A stretch of DNA of 64,000 nucleotides from Chiloscyllium plagiosum (taxonomy: Eukaryota): the NCBI RefSeq assembly GCF_004010195.1, contig NC_057733.1:2890148-2954147 (forward strand), in the 5' to 3' direction. This document shows, in pieces, positions 1 to 12,764 of the stretch. The notes below the pieces were generated by a model that saw nothing but the letters and a program-made list of their open reading frames with translations, did not search any database and was not told the origin of the DNA. Numbering within the stretch: position 1 is the stretch's first letter; every line of letters starts with the position of its first letter. A program made the translations under genes and the position numbers.

Positions 1-402
1 GACCTGCTGAGCTTTTCCAGCCTTTTCTGTTTTTGTTTCTGATTTCTAGCATCCACAGTTCTTTCAGTTTTTGTAAAGGATTTTTAATCACCCTACCAAC
101 CTGTCATGCTACCTTCAGGGATCTGTGGACATTCACCCTTACTTCCTATACACCTCTCAGTACTCTCTCATTAACTAAGGCAAAGAAATCCCCAACAATT
201 AATCTCCCAAATGTCTCATTTCACTCTTCTCCAGATTAAATTCTGTTTGCCACTGCCCCAGCCACTGACCAGTTCATTGAATCTTCCTGCCATATCCACT
301 CCCCTCTTCACTGTCACACATCAAACTTCTTGATCATAGCTCTTGCATTTAAGTCCAAATTGTTATTTATACTAGAAAGAGCAAAGGACCTAATGCTGAA
401 TA

Positions 403-2265
403 TTGTGGCTGACAAAGGAAGTCAGGAAATGTATTAAAGAAAAAGAGAGATCCTATAAAGTGGTCAAGAGCACTGGGAAATCAGAAGATTGGGAAGGCTA
501 CAAAAACAAACAGAGGATAACAAAGAGAGAAATAAGGAAGGAGAGGATCAAATATGAAGGTAGGCTAGCCAGTAATATTAGAAATAATAGTAAAAGTTTC
601 TTTCAGTACATAAGAAATAAACGACAGGCAAGAGTAGACATTGGGCCACTTCAAACTGATGCTGGAAGGCTAGTGATGGGAGATAAGGAAATAGCCGGAG
701 AACTTAATAAGTACTTTGCGTCAGTCTTCACAGTGGAAGACATGAGTAATATCCCAACAATTAAAGGGAGTCAGGGGGCTGAGTTGAGAATGGTTGCCAT
801 TACAAAAGAGATAATGATAGAAAAGCTAAAAGGTCTTAAAACTGACAAATCTCCTGGCCCCGATAGGCTACATCCTAGAGTTCTGAGGGAGGTGGCTGAG
901 GAAATAGCGGAGGCGTTGGTTGAGATCTTTCAAAAGTCACTGGAGTCAGGGAAAGTCCCGGATGATTGGGGTTACAACAGCAGTCTTCAATTGTTCAAGA
1001 AAGGATCAACACAAAAGATGGAAAATTATAGGCCAATTAGCCTAACCTCGGTTGTTGGTAAAATTCTAGAATCCATCATTAAGGATGAGGTTTCTAAATT
1101 CTTGGAAGAGCAGGGTTGGATTAGAATAAGTCAACATGGAGTTAGTAAGGGGAGGTCGTGCCTGACAAACCTGTTAGAATTCTTTGAAGAGGTGACAGGT
1201 AGGTTAGACCAGGGAAACCCAGTGGATGTGGTCTATCTAGACTTCCAAAAGGCACCTTTGATAAGGTGCCACACAGGAGGCTGCTGAGTAAGGTGAGGGG
1301 CCATGATGTTCGAGGTAAGCTACTGGCATTGATTGAGGATTGGCTGTCTGACAGATGGCAGAGAGTTGGGACAAAAGGTTCTTTTTCGGAATGGCAGCCG
1401 GGGACAAGCGATGTCCCACAGGGTTCAGTGTTGGGGCCGCAGCTGTTCACGTTATATATTAATGATCTGGATGAAGGGACTGGGGGCATTCTAGCGAAGT
1501 TTGCCGATGATACGAAGATAGGTGGAGAGGCAGGTAGTACTGAGGAAGTGGGGAGGCTGCAGAAGGATCTAGACAGTTTGGGAGAGTGGTCCAGGAAATG
1601 GCTGATGAANNNNNNNNNNNNNNNNNNNNNNNNNNNNNNNNNNNNNNNNNNNNNNNNNNNNNNNNNNNNNNNNNNNNNNNNNNNNNNNNNNNNNNNNNNN
1701 NNNNNNNNNNNNNNNNNNNNNNNNNNNNNNNNNNNNNNNNNNNNNNNNNNNNNNNNNNNNNNNNNNNNNNNNNNNNNNNNNNNNNNNNNNNNNNNNNNNN
1801 NNNNNNNNNNNNNNNNNNNNNNNNNNNNNNNNNNNNNNNNNNNNNNNNNNNNNNNNNNNNNNNNNNNNNNNNNNNNNNNNNNNNNNNNNNNNNNNNNNNN
1901 NNNNNNNNNNNNNNNNNNNNNNNNNNNNNNNNNNNNNNNNNNNNNNNNNNNNNNNNNNNNNNNNNNNNNNNNNNNNNNGCCTTAGAATTAGAGGGGGTAA
2001 ATTCAGAACAGAAATGCGGAGACATTTCTTCAGCCAGAGAGTGGTGGGCCTGTGGAATTCATTGCCGCAGAGTGCAGTGGAGGCCGGGACGCTCAATGTC
2101 TTCAAGGCAGAGATTGATAAATTCTTGATGTCACAAGGAATTAAGGGCTACAGGGAGAATGCAGGTAAGTGGAGTTGAAACACCCATCAGCCATGATTAA
2201 ATGGCGGAGTGAACTCGATGGGCCGAATGGCCTTACTTCCACTCCTATGTCTTATGGTCTTATGG
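403..2265 (+). mobile_element. 5'-truncated CR1-type LINE (ORF2 RT), spans an N gap
   Basis: [30 protein letters not shown] and KFADDTK motifs; frameshift near 1260; tandem TCTTATGG tail. Confidence 0.93.
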
Positions 2266-2267
2266 AC

Positions 2268-2676
2268 AGTTGAGGATTCTGAGTTTGTACTTGATGGAGT
2301 TTAGGGGGATGAGGGAGGATCTCACTGAAACTTATAGAATACTGAGGGGCCAGGATAGAGTAGGTGTAGAGAAGATGTTTCGACTAGGAGAAGAGACTAG
2401 CACCCATGAGTACAGCCTCAGGATGAAGCGATGACCCTTTAGAAATGAGATTAGGAGACATTTCTTCAGCCAGAGTGTGGTTAATCTGTGGAACTCATTG
2501 CTGTAGAAGACTGTTCAGACAAAGCCTAAGACAGAGATGGAAAGGCTCTTGATTAGTAAGTGTTATGAGGAGAAGGCAGGAGAATGGGGTTGAGAAACCT
2601 ATCAGCCTGATCGAATGGTGGAGCAAATTCAAATATGGCTGAATGGCCTAATTTCTGCTCCTATATCTTATGGTCT
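2268..2676 (+). mobile_element. Older CR1 3' fragment
   Basis: Diverged copy of the same 3' end (ttcttcagccagag...atcttatggtct). Confidence 0.75.
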
Positions 2677-2763
2677 AAAATATAAAACGGAAAGGACATG
2701 GAGAGCATGTAGGACCAGGGGGGACAGAGCTGGAACCAACTTGGTAAGTGAGTGAAGCCCTAC

Positions 2764-2850
2764 CTTGTACTCGTAGCATCAGCTGTCCAAATTCGTTGGC
2801 TCCTCCATTGTGAAAGGTAAGTTTGAATGTTGTAGAACCTATCCATCCTC
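2764..2850 (-). CDS. WBP2/WBP2NL-like protein, coding exon 4 (GWIGSTTFKLTFHNGGANEFGQLMLRVQ-)
   Basis: Acceptor ctttctcttccaaag, donor G|GTAGGG, 87 nt, phase 1 to 1. Matches WBP2 [28 protein letters not shown]. No downstream exons were seen in the window. Confidence 0.9.
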
Positions 2851-3272
2851 CTTTGGAAGAGAAAGAGGATTAGAATAGAGTGAAAAAAACAAGAATTCAT
2901 CACACATTTTCTGATTTGCTCAGACTAAGTTCTAAGCTAGTGTTTCCCAATCTTTTTCCCTATTTTAATGCTTCAGACTTCACATGACCCTAGGTTAAGC
3001 TTTGAGGAGGATGTGTTAATTCCAGGTCTTGTTTTGAGCAGGGGGAAGAGGCGGTGGTGATGAGCAAGGTCCATTCCCCTTCCAATCACCCCTGCCTCCT
3101 CCTACCCATTTTACATCTCCTTCACCTCCCATCCTTTTTCTCCAACCTTCATTTTCCTTAACTTCACCTTCCCCATTTTCCCCCTCCTCCATCTCCCTGT
3201 CCTTCAACCCATCCCCTCCATTATCAGTCTCTACTCCCCTCACCATTCATCCTTGACTTCTTAAAATCTAAG

Positions 3273-4103
3273 GAGAAAGTGTGGTCTGCAGATGCTGGAG
3301 ATCAGAGCTGGAAATGTGTTGCTGGAAAAGCGCAGGTCAGGCAGCATCCAGGGAACAGGAGAATCGACGTTTCGGGCATAAGCCCTTCTTCAGGAATGAG
3401 GAAAGTTTGTCCAGCAGGCTAAGATAAAAGGTAGGGAGGAGGGACTTGGGGGAGGGGCGTCGGAAATGTGATAGGTGGAAAGAGGTCAAGGTGAGGGTGA
3501 TAGGTACCTTGACACCGTCCTGTCCCCCTTAGTCCAAGAACTCCCCACCTGCGTCCGGGACACCACCCATGCCCTCCACCTGCTCCATGATTTTCGCTTC
3601 CCCGGTCCCCAACGCCTTATTTTCACCATGGACAGCCAGTCCCTGTACACCTCCATCCCCCATCACGAAGGACTCAAAGCCCTCCGCTTCTTCCTTTCCC
3701 GCCATACCGACCAGTACCCTTCCACTGACACCCTCCTTCGACTGACTGAACTGGTCCTCACCCTGAACAACTTCTCTTTCCAATCCTCCCACTTCCTCCA
3801 AAACGAAAGGAGTAGCCATGGGCACCCACATGGGCCCCAGCTATGCCTGCCTCTTCGTAGAATATNGTTCTTGGACTAAGGGGGACAGGACGGTGTCAAG
3901 GTATGCGGAGATGAGTTCGGTGGGTCTTTCCACCTATCACATTTCCGACGCCCCTCCCCCAAGTCCCTCCTCCCTACCTTTTATCTTAGCCTGCTGGACA
4001 AACTTTCCTCATTCCTGAAGAAGGGCTTATGCCCGAAACGTCGATTCTCCTGTTCCCTGGATGCTGCCTGACCTGCTGCGCTTTTCCAGCAACACATTTC
4101 CAG
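3273..4103. mobile_element. Rearranged Penelope-like element with inverted terminal segments and a 16-bp TSD
   Basis: PLE RT fragment (IFTMD.QSLYTSIPH...LVLTLNNFSF...MGTHMGPSYACLF). Inverted ~175-bp ends. Flanking direct repeat CTTCTTAAAATCTAAG at 3257-3272 and 4104-4119. Confidence 0.88.
4011..4047 (+). ncRNA. Minimal hammerhead ribozyme motif (Penelope-associated); mirror copy at 3361-3397 on the minus strand
   Basis: CTGAAGA-A-GGGC-TTAT-GCCC-GAAA-CGTC: HHR core, 4-bp stem II, palindromic ACGT in place of helix III, GUC cleavage triplet. Confidence 0.7.
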
Positions 4104-5164
4104 CTTCTTAAAATCTAAGCCAATACAAAATGTTCTCTACAATGTAGAAAAGAAGCCTTACGTTCAGGATAGGCCCAAATGTTGCAATAGCTCAGAAATC
4201 ATCTCACTGCATCCTTCACCCTCAGATTATTACCTCAACACTACTCTCTCGTTGCATATCAAATACCTCATATCCATCAAGTCAACATATTCAGAATTTC
4301 CACTATATCCTCAACTGCTCCCTACACCCCCCACTCTTCAATCTTATTCACGCAGCTTTTCAACATACCCCTCACTTCCCTGACATCTCTCATTCCTACC
4401 CTCCCAGCACATCCCAATTCCACCCCACTTACCAACTTTCTCATCAGTTTGTTTTATCTTTCCAACTGTCTAGGTTCCATTAACACTATCTGATCAGCAT
4501 CTGCCCCTTGGTAACTTACCCCCAGTTTGATGAAAAGGCTTTACAAGTTTTGAACCCTTCATATTTACCAATCAATGTTAAAATCTTATTTCAACAGGAT
4601 GAATTCTTTTTTAAGTCATTCATAGATGTGAGTGTTGCTAGTTGGGCCAGCATTTGTCACCCTAGCTGTCTCCTTGAACCACTGCAGTACACATGCTGTA
4701 GGAAGACCTACAAATTCAGGATTTTGACCCAGTGACACTGATAGACCTACAACATATTTCCTAGTTAGGATTGTGTGTGGCAGGTGGGTGAGATCCAATG
4801 TATCTGCTGCCCTTGACCTTCTTAGATGTGGTGGTCATGGGTTTGGAAGGTGCTGTGTAAGGCACCTTGGTGAATTTCTGCATTGCATCTTGTAGATAGT
4901 ACACACCACAGCTAATGAGTGGTGGAAGGAAGTCAGGAAATTAGCTACTTGCCTCAAGATTCCTTGCCTCTAGCGTGCTTGTGAAGCCACAGCACACATG
5001 ACTAAAATAAAACAAGAACTGCAGATGCTGGAAGTTTGGAACAAAAACAGAATTTGCTAGAGAGAAAAGGTGTTACTGAATTCAAAATTTTAACCCTGCT
5101 TTCTCTCCAGAGATGCTGCTAGACCTGCAGAGTTTCTCATTACGTTTCTGCTTCTGTATATGAC

Positions 5165-5640
5165 TAGTCCAGTTCAGTGCTAAACATTGTGCAATCATCA
5201 GTGAACATCCCCACTTCTGACTCTATGATGGAGGGAAGGTCATTGGTGAAGCAGCTGAAAATGGTTGGGATTGGGACACTGCGCAGAGGAAGTCCTGCAA
5301 CAATGTCTTGGAGCTGAGATGACTGACCTCCAACAATGACCACCATCTTCCTTTGTGCTAGTTATAGTTACAAACTGTGCACTGTTTTCCCCAGTTCTCA
5401 TTGATTTCAGTTTTGTTGGAGCTCTTTGATGTGACACTCTGTCAAATACGGCTTTGATATCCGAGACCGTCACTTTCACCTCCCCTCTGAAATTCTGCTC
5501 TTTTTCCCATATTTGGACCAAGGCTATAATGGGGTCAGAGGTTGAGTGACCCCAGCAGAACCCAAACTGGGAGTCAGCTAACAGATTATTGCTGAGTAAG
5601 TGCTGCTTGATAGCACTGATGATGACACCTCCCATCACTT
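5165..5640 (-). mobile_element. Degenerate CR1/L2-group LINE RT fragment
   Basis: LLADSQFGF...DIKAVFDRV and NDLPSII...MFTDDCT remnants. Confidence 0.75.
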
Positions 5641-5899
5641 ACAATGGTTACAATATTTACCTCTGGAAATATGATGGATTGAATTTTCAGGCCTTTTGGA
5701 GTCAGTAAACAGAGGCTGGGTTGGGGTGGGTGGCTGGGTGAGAATATCAGCTTCAGGAAATAACAATGATTTTGAGTGACACAGTTTAAGTCTTGGTAAT
5801 GTTGTTCACCCCACAAAATACTTAAGGAAGTAATTTATGGCTCTCAGCAAAAATATATCCCTCTAACAGAGGGATAAACCAACCATGCCTAACCTTAAG

Positions 5900-8810
5900 T
5901 TAAGGAAAGCATAAAGTTGAAAGAAAAAGCATATAAGGAGGCAAAAATCAGTAACAGCCCTGAAAACTGGGATAAATTCAGAATCCAGTAAAGGAGGACT
6001 GAAGAGAGAAAATAAACCACAAGGTCAAACTTGTAAGGAATATAAGAACTGACAATAAGTCATAGTCATTAGAGATGTACAGCATGGAAACAGACCCTTT
6101 GATCCAACTCGTCCATGATGACCAAATATCCTAAATTAATCTAATCCCACCTGCCAGCACTTGGCTCATATCCCTCAAAACCCTTTCTATTCATATACCC
6201 TTCCATATGCCTTTTAATGTTGTAATTGTACCAACCTCCACAACTTCCTTTGGCACTTCATTCCATACATGCACCTCACCTCTGCATGAAAAAGTTGCCC
6301 CTTAGGTCCCTTTTAAATCCATCTCCCCCACCCCCTGCAAACCAATGCCCTCCAGTTCTTGGCTCCCTATTCACGCCCCTCATGATTTTATACATCTCTA
6401 TAAGGTCACCCCTTAGCTCTGACACTCCGGGAGCTTTTTAAAATATATAAAAAGGAAGATAGAGATCAAATTGAACACAGGCCCCTTAGACAAAGAATCT
6501 GGAGAGATTCCTAGTTATGAGAAACAAGGAAATGGCAGAACAGCTAAATGGATATTTTGCATTAGTCTTTACCGTGGAAAATATTTCAAACATTCCATTA
6601 ATACTAAAGAACACAGGAGGAATTAATACCATTACTATCGCTTGAGAAGTAGTATCAGACGAACTAATGGATCTAAAGGTAGATAAATCCCCTGGCCTTG
6701 ATGACCTGCATCCTATTCTAGTAGCTACAGAGATAGTGGAAGCATTGGTTGTAATTTTTAAAAATCTTTGATTCTATAGAAGTACCGAAGGATTGAAAAA
6801 CTGCCAATGTGATATTCTTATTCGGAAATGGAGGGAGGTTAAAAAGCAGATAATTATAGGCTAATTAGCCTCGCGTCTATTGTTTGGAAAATGTTTGAAT
6901 CAATAATTAAGGAAGTGATAGCAAAACATTTAGAAAATCGTAATTAATCAAAGGTCAGCATGGCTTCATGAAAGGAAAATAGTGTCTCATTAATTTACAA
7001 GTTTTTCAAGGAAGTATCAACTAGAGTGGATAGAGGGGAACCGATTAAATGTATTGTATTTGATCTTCCAGAAGGTGTTTGACAAAGTTCCTCACAAAGG
7101 TTTAAGTCATAAGAGCCTATGGAGACAGTATATTTGCATAGATAGAGATTTGGGCAATGGGCAGGCGAAACATCAAATGGAGATAAGGGATTTTATTTTC
7201 AGGTTGGCAACTCTAAGCAATGAGATTCCACAGGAATCAGTGCTGGGATTGCAATTGTTTATGACATGTACAAATGACTTGGAGGAAGGAAGTGAATGTA
7301 TTTTGACCACATTTGTAGATGAGACAAGAATAGGTCGAAAGGCAAGTGAAAAACGGTACAAATAGTTTACAGAAACATTGACAGGTTAAGTCAGTGGGCA
7401 AGAGTTGGCAAATGGAGTATAATTTGGAAAATGTGAAGTTGTTCATTTTGGAAGCAGTATTATTTAAATAAAAGAAACTAACAAAGTTGCAATACTAGGA
7501 CTTGGAGGTAGTTGCACACAAAACACAAAGCTGGCACACAGTTGCAGCAGGAAGGCTAATGGAATGATGGCCCTTGTTTCAAAGGAGTTTGGAAAACAAG
7601 AGTAGGGAAGTCTTACTGATAAAGTACAGACTTGAGACAGCCCAGGGAATTCCTTGTGAACTCCACCTGTAAACCTCTCTTGGTTTGTTCCAGAGATCAT
7701 ACCTTTGGTAGTATGGAATTTAAAAAAACTCTTACAGACCGTTTAATTTAATTTTAATTAGCCCCTTAATTTACTAATAGCATCACTGTTACAACATAAC
7801 ACTGATACCTATAAGCCAAGCTAACTGGATTCTAATAACCCAGGAGAGTAGGACATTGCTCGTCCTTCAAGAGCCCTGGCAGGTTACGCTGTTGTACTAT
7901 CACAAACAGGTTACCTTTATACACAAGTTTACAAAGGCTGTACTGTCACAAACACAAAAAGTTAACAAAAGAACTGCATGTTCTGAACTGGACAGATAAA
8001 AGTGAAGGAAAATAATTCGGGAGAGAAGTTAATTGATACTGAGTTTTGTTTTGAGGTCAGAATCAAACACTGCTATTAATTTTACAAAGGAATAACCGTG
8101 AATATTATCACTCGATGTCCTGCTTATACAGATTCACTGATGTTAAGGCAAATGTTCTTAATTGTCTTACCCTCCCTGCCTGTCTATTTTCTAGTGTGCA
8201 GCAAATGTGTTCTATAATTCAAAATTACATTTTAGTCTAACTGTTTAAGGATAAGTTTTAAGGCTATAAACTTTCTCATTACTGCAACTGGTCAAGATGC
8301 TGATGAAACCAGATTTGGAGTACTATGAGCAGTTTTGGTCCCCTTGTTTAAGGAAAGATATAATTTCATTGGAGACAATTCAGAAACGGAGCACTAGGAG
8401 ATTGTACTCTGAGCAAAGGCTAAACAGGTTGGGTCTCTAAACACTAGAGTGTAGAAGAATGAGAACATTAAAAATGTAGGATTCTTAGGGGGAATTCACA
8501 GGGTAAATTCTCAGAGGATGTTTTCCCTTATCACCAGAGGGCATAGATTCAGTGTAAAGGAACACCAATTTAAGATTGAGACAAGTAAAAATAAATCTTC
8601 TCTGAGAGCTGAGTGCCTCTGGAACTCCTTTCTACAGAAAGCTATGGGAGTAGGGCCCTTGTGTTTTTTAAGATTGAGGAAGATAGATTCTTGATCAGTA
8701 GGGAAAACAGGGGTTATGGGGAAAGAGTAGGAAAGTGGACATAATGAATGTTAGATCAACCATGATCCTATTGAACGGAGAAGCAGGCTTGAGAGACTAA
8801 ACGGTCTTAT
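5900..8810 (+). mobile_element. Old degenerate CR1 ORF2 with nested insertions (minus-strand CR1 3' end at ~6058-6430; unrelated insert at ~7640-8290)
   Basis: Decayed KSPG, FQKVFDKVPH and PQESVLG motifs with many stops. Confidence 0.75.
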
Positions 8811-9681
8811 GAGGCAGGTAGACAATTTGCCTCTTTAAGAACCTTGCTAAAGATACATTTACAACTGCAACAGGTATTTCCCAACCAATCACCAGTTTCT
8901 TCAATGCAGCAGGGACAGATCACATGCCTGCAAGTAAGCCAGTGCTCTGAGGAGGCCCTTTCTGCATTCTGAATACCCCCAAAGGCTGCCCTGTAGAGGA
9001 ATTCCCTATTCACAGTGCTGGTCTGGTTGCTTTTTGTCTTTGTTAATTAGGTCTTTTAAAATTCTGTTGCTGATAGGACAATCTCATGTTGAAATGCCCT
9101 CTCAGTTACTTACATTTAGTCAAGTCTTCCTCTGAAGCCCAATGCCCTTTGATTGATGCTACAGTTAACATCCTATGTATCTTCCTTAAGCAGACAGGGA
9201 ACCTGTCTCATGCCCCATGTTAAAACAAGTGAAAATTTTAAATTTTAGTTAGGTTTGTCTCCAGAGGCCAATTCTGATCAGGGAAGAAAAAGATACACTC
9301 CTTTTACCCAGCTCCCTCTCTAGAAAAATCTACAAATTGCCTCATTTCCCCTCACAGGCTTTATCTTCATTCCCTAAGTCCAAGAGGTTCGTAGAGGAGA
9401 GTACTGCCCAACAGCACAAGATGCCTAAATCACTGATCCACAATGTCAATTGTATATTAATTATGTCTAATTGCATACAATTAGTGTACATAAACTAGAT
9501 AGTCACATGATCCTGTAAAAAGAAATCTCTATGTTGGGTTAGGACCTATATACTTTTGTTTTAAAGTTAACTTGTTTTGGACATTTTATAATACATCTCC
9601 AAAGAAGGTGGGAATTGGCCATGAATTTTCTGGTCCAGAGTTACTACCTCTACATCACAAGAACCACAAGGTTTTTCACTG

Positions 9682-10850
9682 TCAACGGGGGTGGTACCAG
9701 GGGACTGGAGAGTGGTGAATGTTGTGCCCCTGTTCAAAAAAGGGAATAGGGATAACCCCGGGAATTACAGGCCAGTTAGTCTTACTTTGGTGGTAGGCAA
9801 AGTAATGGAAAGGGTACTGAGGGATAGGATTTATGAGTATCTGGAAAGCCACTGCTTGATTAGGGACAGCCAGCACAGATTTGTGAAGGGTAGGTCTTGC
9901 CTTACCAGTCTTACTGAATTCTTTGAGGAGGTGACCAAGCATGTGGATGAGGGTATAGCAGTGGATGTAATGTACATGTATCTTAGTAAGGCATTTGATA
10001 AGGTTCCCCATGGTAGGCTTATGTGGAAAGTCAGGAGGCATGGGATAGAGGGAAATTTGGCCAGTTGGATAGAAAACTGGCTAACCGGTCGAAGTTAGAG
10101 AGTGGTAGTAGATGGTAAATATTCAGCCTGGAGCCCAGTTACAAGTGGAGTTCCGCAGGGATCAGTTCTGGGTCCTCTGCTGTTTGTTTGTAATTTTTAT
10201 TAATGACTTGGATGAGGGAGTCGAAGGGTGGGTCAGTAAATTTGCAGACAATACGAAGATTGGTGGAGTTGTGGATAGTGAGAAGGGCTGTTGTCGGCTG
10301 CAAATTAGCAGAGGGATTGAATTCAAGAGTCGTGAGGTGATGTTGCAGCTGTACAGGACCTTGGTAAGGCCACATTTGGAGTAGTGTGTGCAGTTCTGGT
10401 CGCCTCACGTTAGGAAAGATGTGGAAGCTTTAGAGAGGGTGCAGAGAATATTTACCAGGATGTTGCCTGGAATGGAGAATAGGTCGTACGAGGATAGGTT
10501 GAGAGTGCTAGGCCTCTTCTCATTGGAACGACGAAGGATGAGAGGTGACTTGATAGAGGTTTATAAGATGATCAGGGGAATAGATAGAGTAGACCGTCAG
10601 AGACTTTTTCTCCGGGTACAACAGAGTGTTACAAGGGGACATTTAATTTAAGGTTAAGGGTGGAAGGTATAGGGGGGATGTCAGGGGTAGGTTCTTTACC
10701 CAGAGTGTGGTGGGGGCATTGAATGCGCTGCCTGTGGGAGTGGCAGAGTCAGAATCATTGGTGACCTTTAAGCGGCAGCTAGGACAAATGTTCGGCACAA
10801 CATCGTGGGCCGAAGGGCCTGTTCTGTGCTGTATTGTTCTGTGTTCTATG
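9682..10850 (+). mobile_element. Young 5'-truncated CR1 LINE
   Basis: PGDWRVVNVVPLFKKG...[23 protein letters not shown]; TTCTGTG/TTCTATG tail. Near-identical to 26420-27476. Confidence 0.93.
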
Positions 10851-11814
10851 TTAAGAGCCATATGTTTGTAATGTGAAATTCTGAAAATAAATAGAAAAAT
10901 GTAGAGATTGCTTCAGCTCTGTCCTTCATCACTGGCTTTCTGGAAAGAATGGCGCGTGAACTGCCTGGAGTGTAGCAAGCATCCATCTCCTTGTCAACTC
11001 CACTTACAACTCGGAGATCATCTGTCGGTCAAAGATGACCCTCAGCTTTTCTTCTCCAAATTATTCGATCCCTACACCCACAGACACCTCACCTCCAACA
11101 ATAAGGAGAACTTGTGGATTTATTTATCACTGAGGGTGCTGAAAAATCAGCTCAGCTCTTTCCTGCCAAAGACATCTCCCTCATAAGGCTTCCTTTTGCC
11201 CCAGACTTGAACAGTCAACCTCCTCTAGACTTCTTGCGCCTGTGTTCCAAAAGGGGAAGCTGCTTCTTTAACCTTCAATTTCTGCACTTTTGGGGAATTT
11301 CAAGACATATCATGTGTCCCAAATGATCAGCCTTGCAGCAAGTGTCTCAACCACATTTTGAGGGTTCTGAGATCAAAGTGCAGCTTGATTCACCACAAGA
11401 TATATGGTGGCTGAATATTTCAGGAAGTGGTTGCCCCATGACTAGAAAAATTTCAGAATTACAAGTGGTGGCCTCCTGGAAGGCTTGAAAAAGGCAAGTA
11501 GAACAGGATTCCCTGGAAGTACTGAATTTTCAAACCAATACAGTATTGACCAATATTAAATACTGTTGAGAACGATGACACTTCGAAGGATCCTAGAATG
11601 ATGAGACTAAAGACTGGACAGGGCATACTATAAAGCTGTCAGAATTCCAATAATAAATGAGGATTTGATAATCAGATGAATAGAAGCAATGCTGTTGCCA
11701 TCAGGTGGCAACAGTATGAGGTGGCGTCAACAGCACAGCATGGTGACTCAGTGGTTAGTAAGCTCACAGTGCAAGGGACAGGGGTGGGATTCCAGCCTTG
11801 GGTGGATGCAATCT

Positions 11815-12175
11815 TATAGAATATAGAGTCCCTACAGTGCCGAAAGAGGTCACTTGGCCCATCAAGTCCACACCATCCCTCCGAAGAGCATCTCACCCAG
11901 ACCCAGACCTTAATCCTATCTCCATAAGCCTGCTTTTACTATCAATAATCCACCTAACCTGCACATTACTATACACTATGGATAATTTGGCATGGCCAAT
12001 CTACCTAACCTGCACATCTTTTCACTGAGGGAGGAAGTAGAAGCACGTGGTGGAAGCCCACACCAACATGGAGAGAACAATGCAAACTCCACACAGACAG
12101 TCACCCAAGGCTGGAATCCCACCCCTGTCCCTTGCACTGTGAGCATTACTAACCACTGAGTCACCATGCTGTGCT
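11815..12175 (-). mobile_element. tRNA-derived SINE (HE1-like)
   Basis: A/B-box-like head TGGTGACTCAGTGGTTAG...GGATTCCAGCC, body tgtgtggagtttgca, CR1-like tail. Confidence 0.8.
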
Positions 12176-12454
12176 GTTGACGCCACCTCATACTGTTGCC
12201 ACCTGATGGCAGAGTAAAAGACATCATGGAAAAGGTGCAGAACATTCTACAGATGAAGAGCCAAAAGTCATGTAATATGTCAGAACCAACAACTGAGGAG
12301 GGGTGATTTTAAGAAGGAATGTAAAAAGCAAGACTCCAAATTTCTTCACCCAACAAAGCAATTCTATCATCAGCTGTTAATCATTACCCATTTCTGCCTT
12401 TACTTGCTGGAACACATATTGAAGGAGACTGGAACATTCCTTATTCCCACTTAC

Positions 12455-12593
12455 CATTTGGCTCTGCTTCAACTTGCCCTTTGATATAGCCTGGCCTAAG
12501 CTTTGGCCGCTTGATCTTACAATCTTTTATCAGGGAAAATGGCATAGTGAAGGATCTTAGCGCCTTTTTGAGATCTTTTGACAAAAAGACAAC
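12455..12593 (-). CDS. WBP2/WBP2NL-like protein, coding exon 3 (VVFLSKDLKKALRSFTMPFSLIKDCKIKRPKLRPGYIKGQVEAEPN-G)
   Basis: Acceptor ttcccag, donor G|GTAAGT, 139 nt, phase 0 to 1. Matches WBP2 VIFLSK...SFMMPFYLMKDCEIKQP...YIKGTVKAE. Confidence 0.9.
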
Positions 12594-12764
12594 CTGGGAA
12601 GCACAGAAAACAAAGAGATTCATACCAGAGAATAAGTGAAACAAGTACATCCAGTTATATCTGTATATCCCTGTCACTGCTGGATGCATAGGGTAATTTA
12701 GCATAGTGTATGTTAGTCCTGGGGGTAACTAAGGACTATAGAATTGGAGGAGATACATTGTCAT

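Noticed and set aside
403-1287. 294-aa RT-like ORF as a host gene or active element
   Set aside because: It is a 5'-truncated, frameshifted CR1 copy.
3016-3246. Gly/Glu-rich 76-aa ORF
   Set aside because: It is a polypurine/polypyrimidine low-complexity intronic tract.
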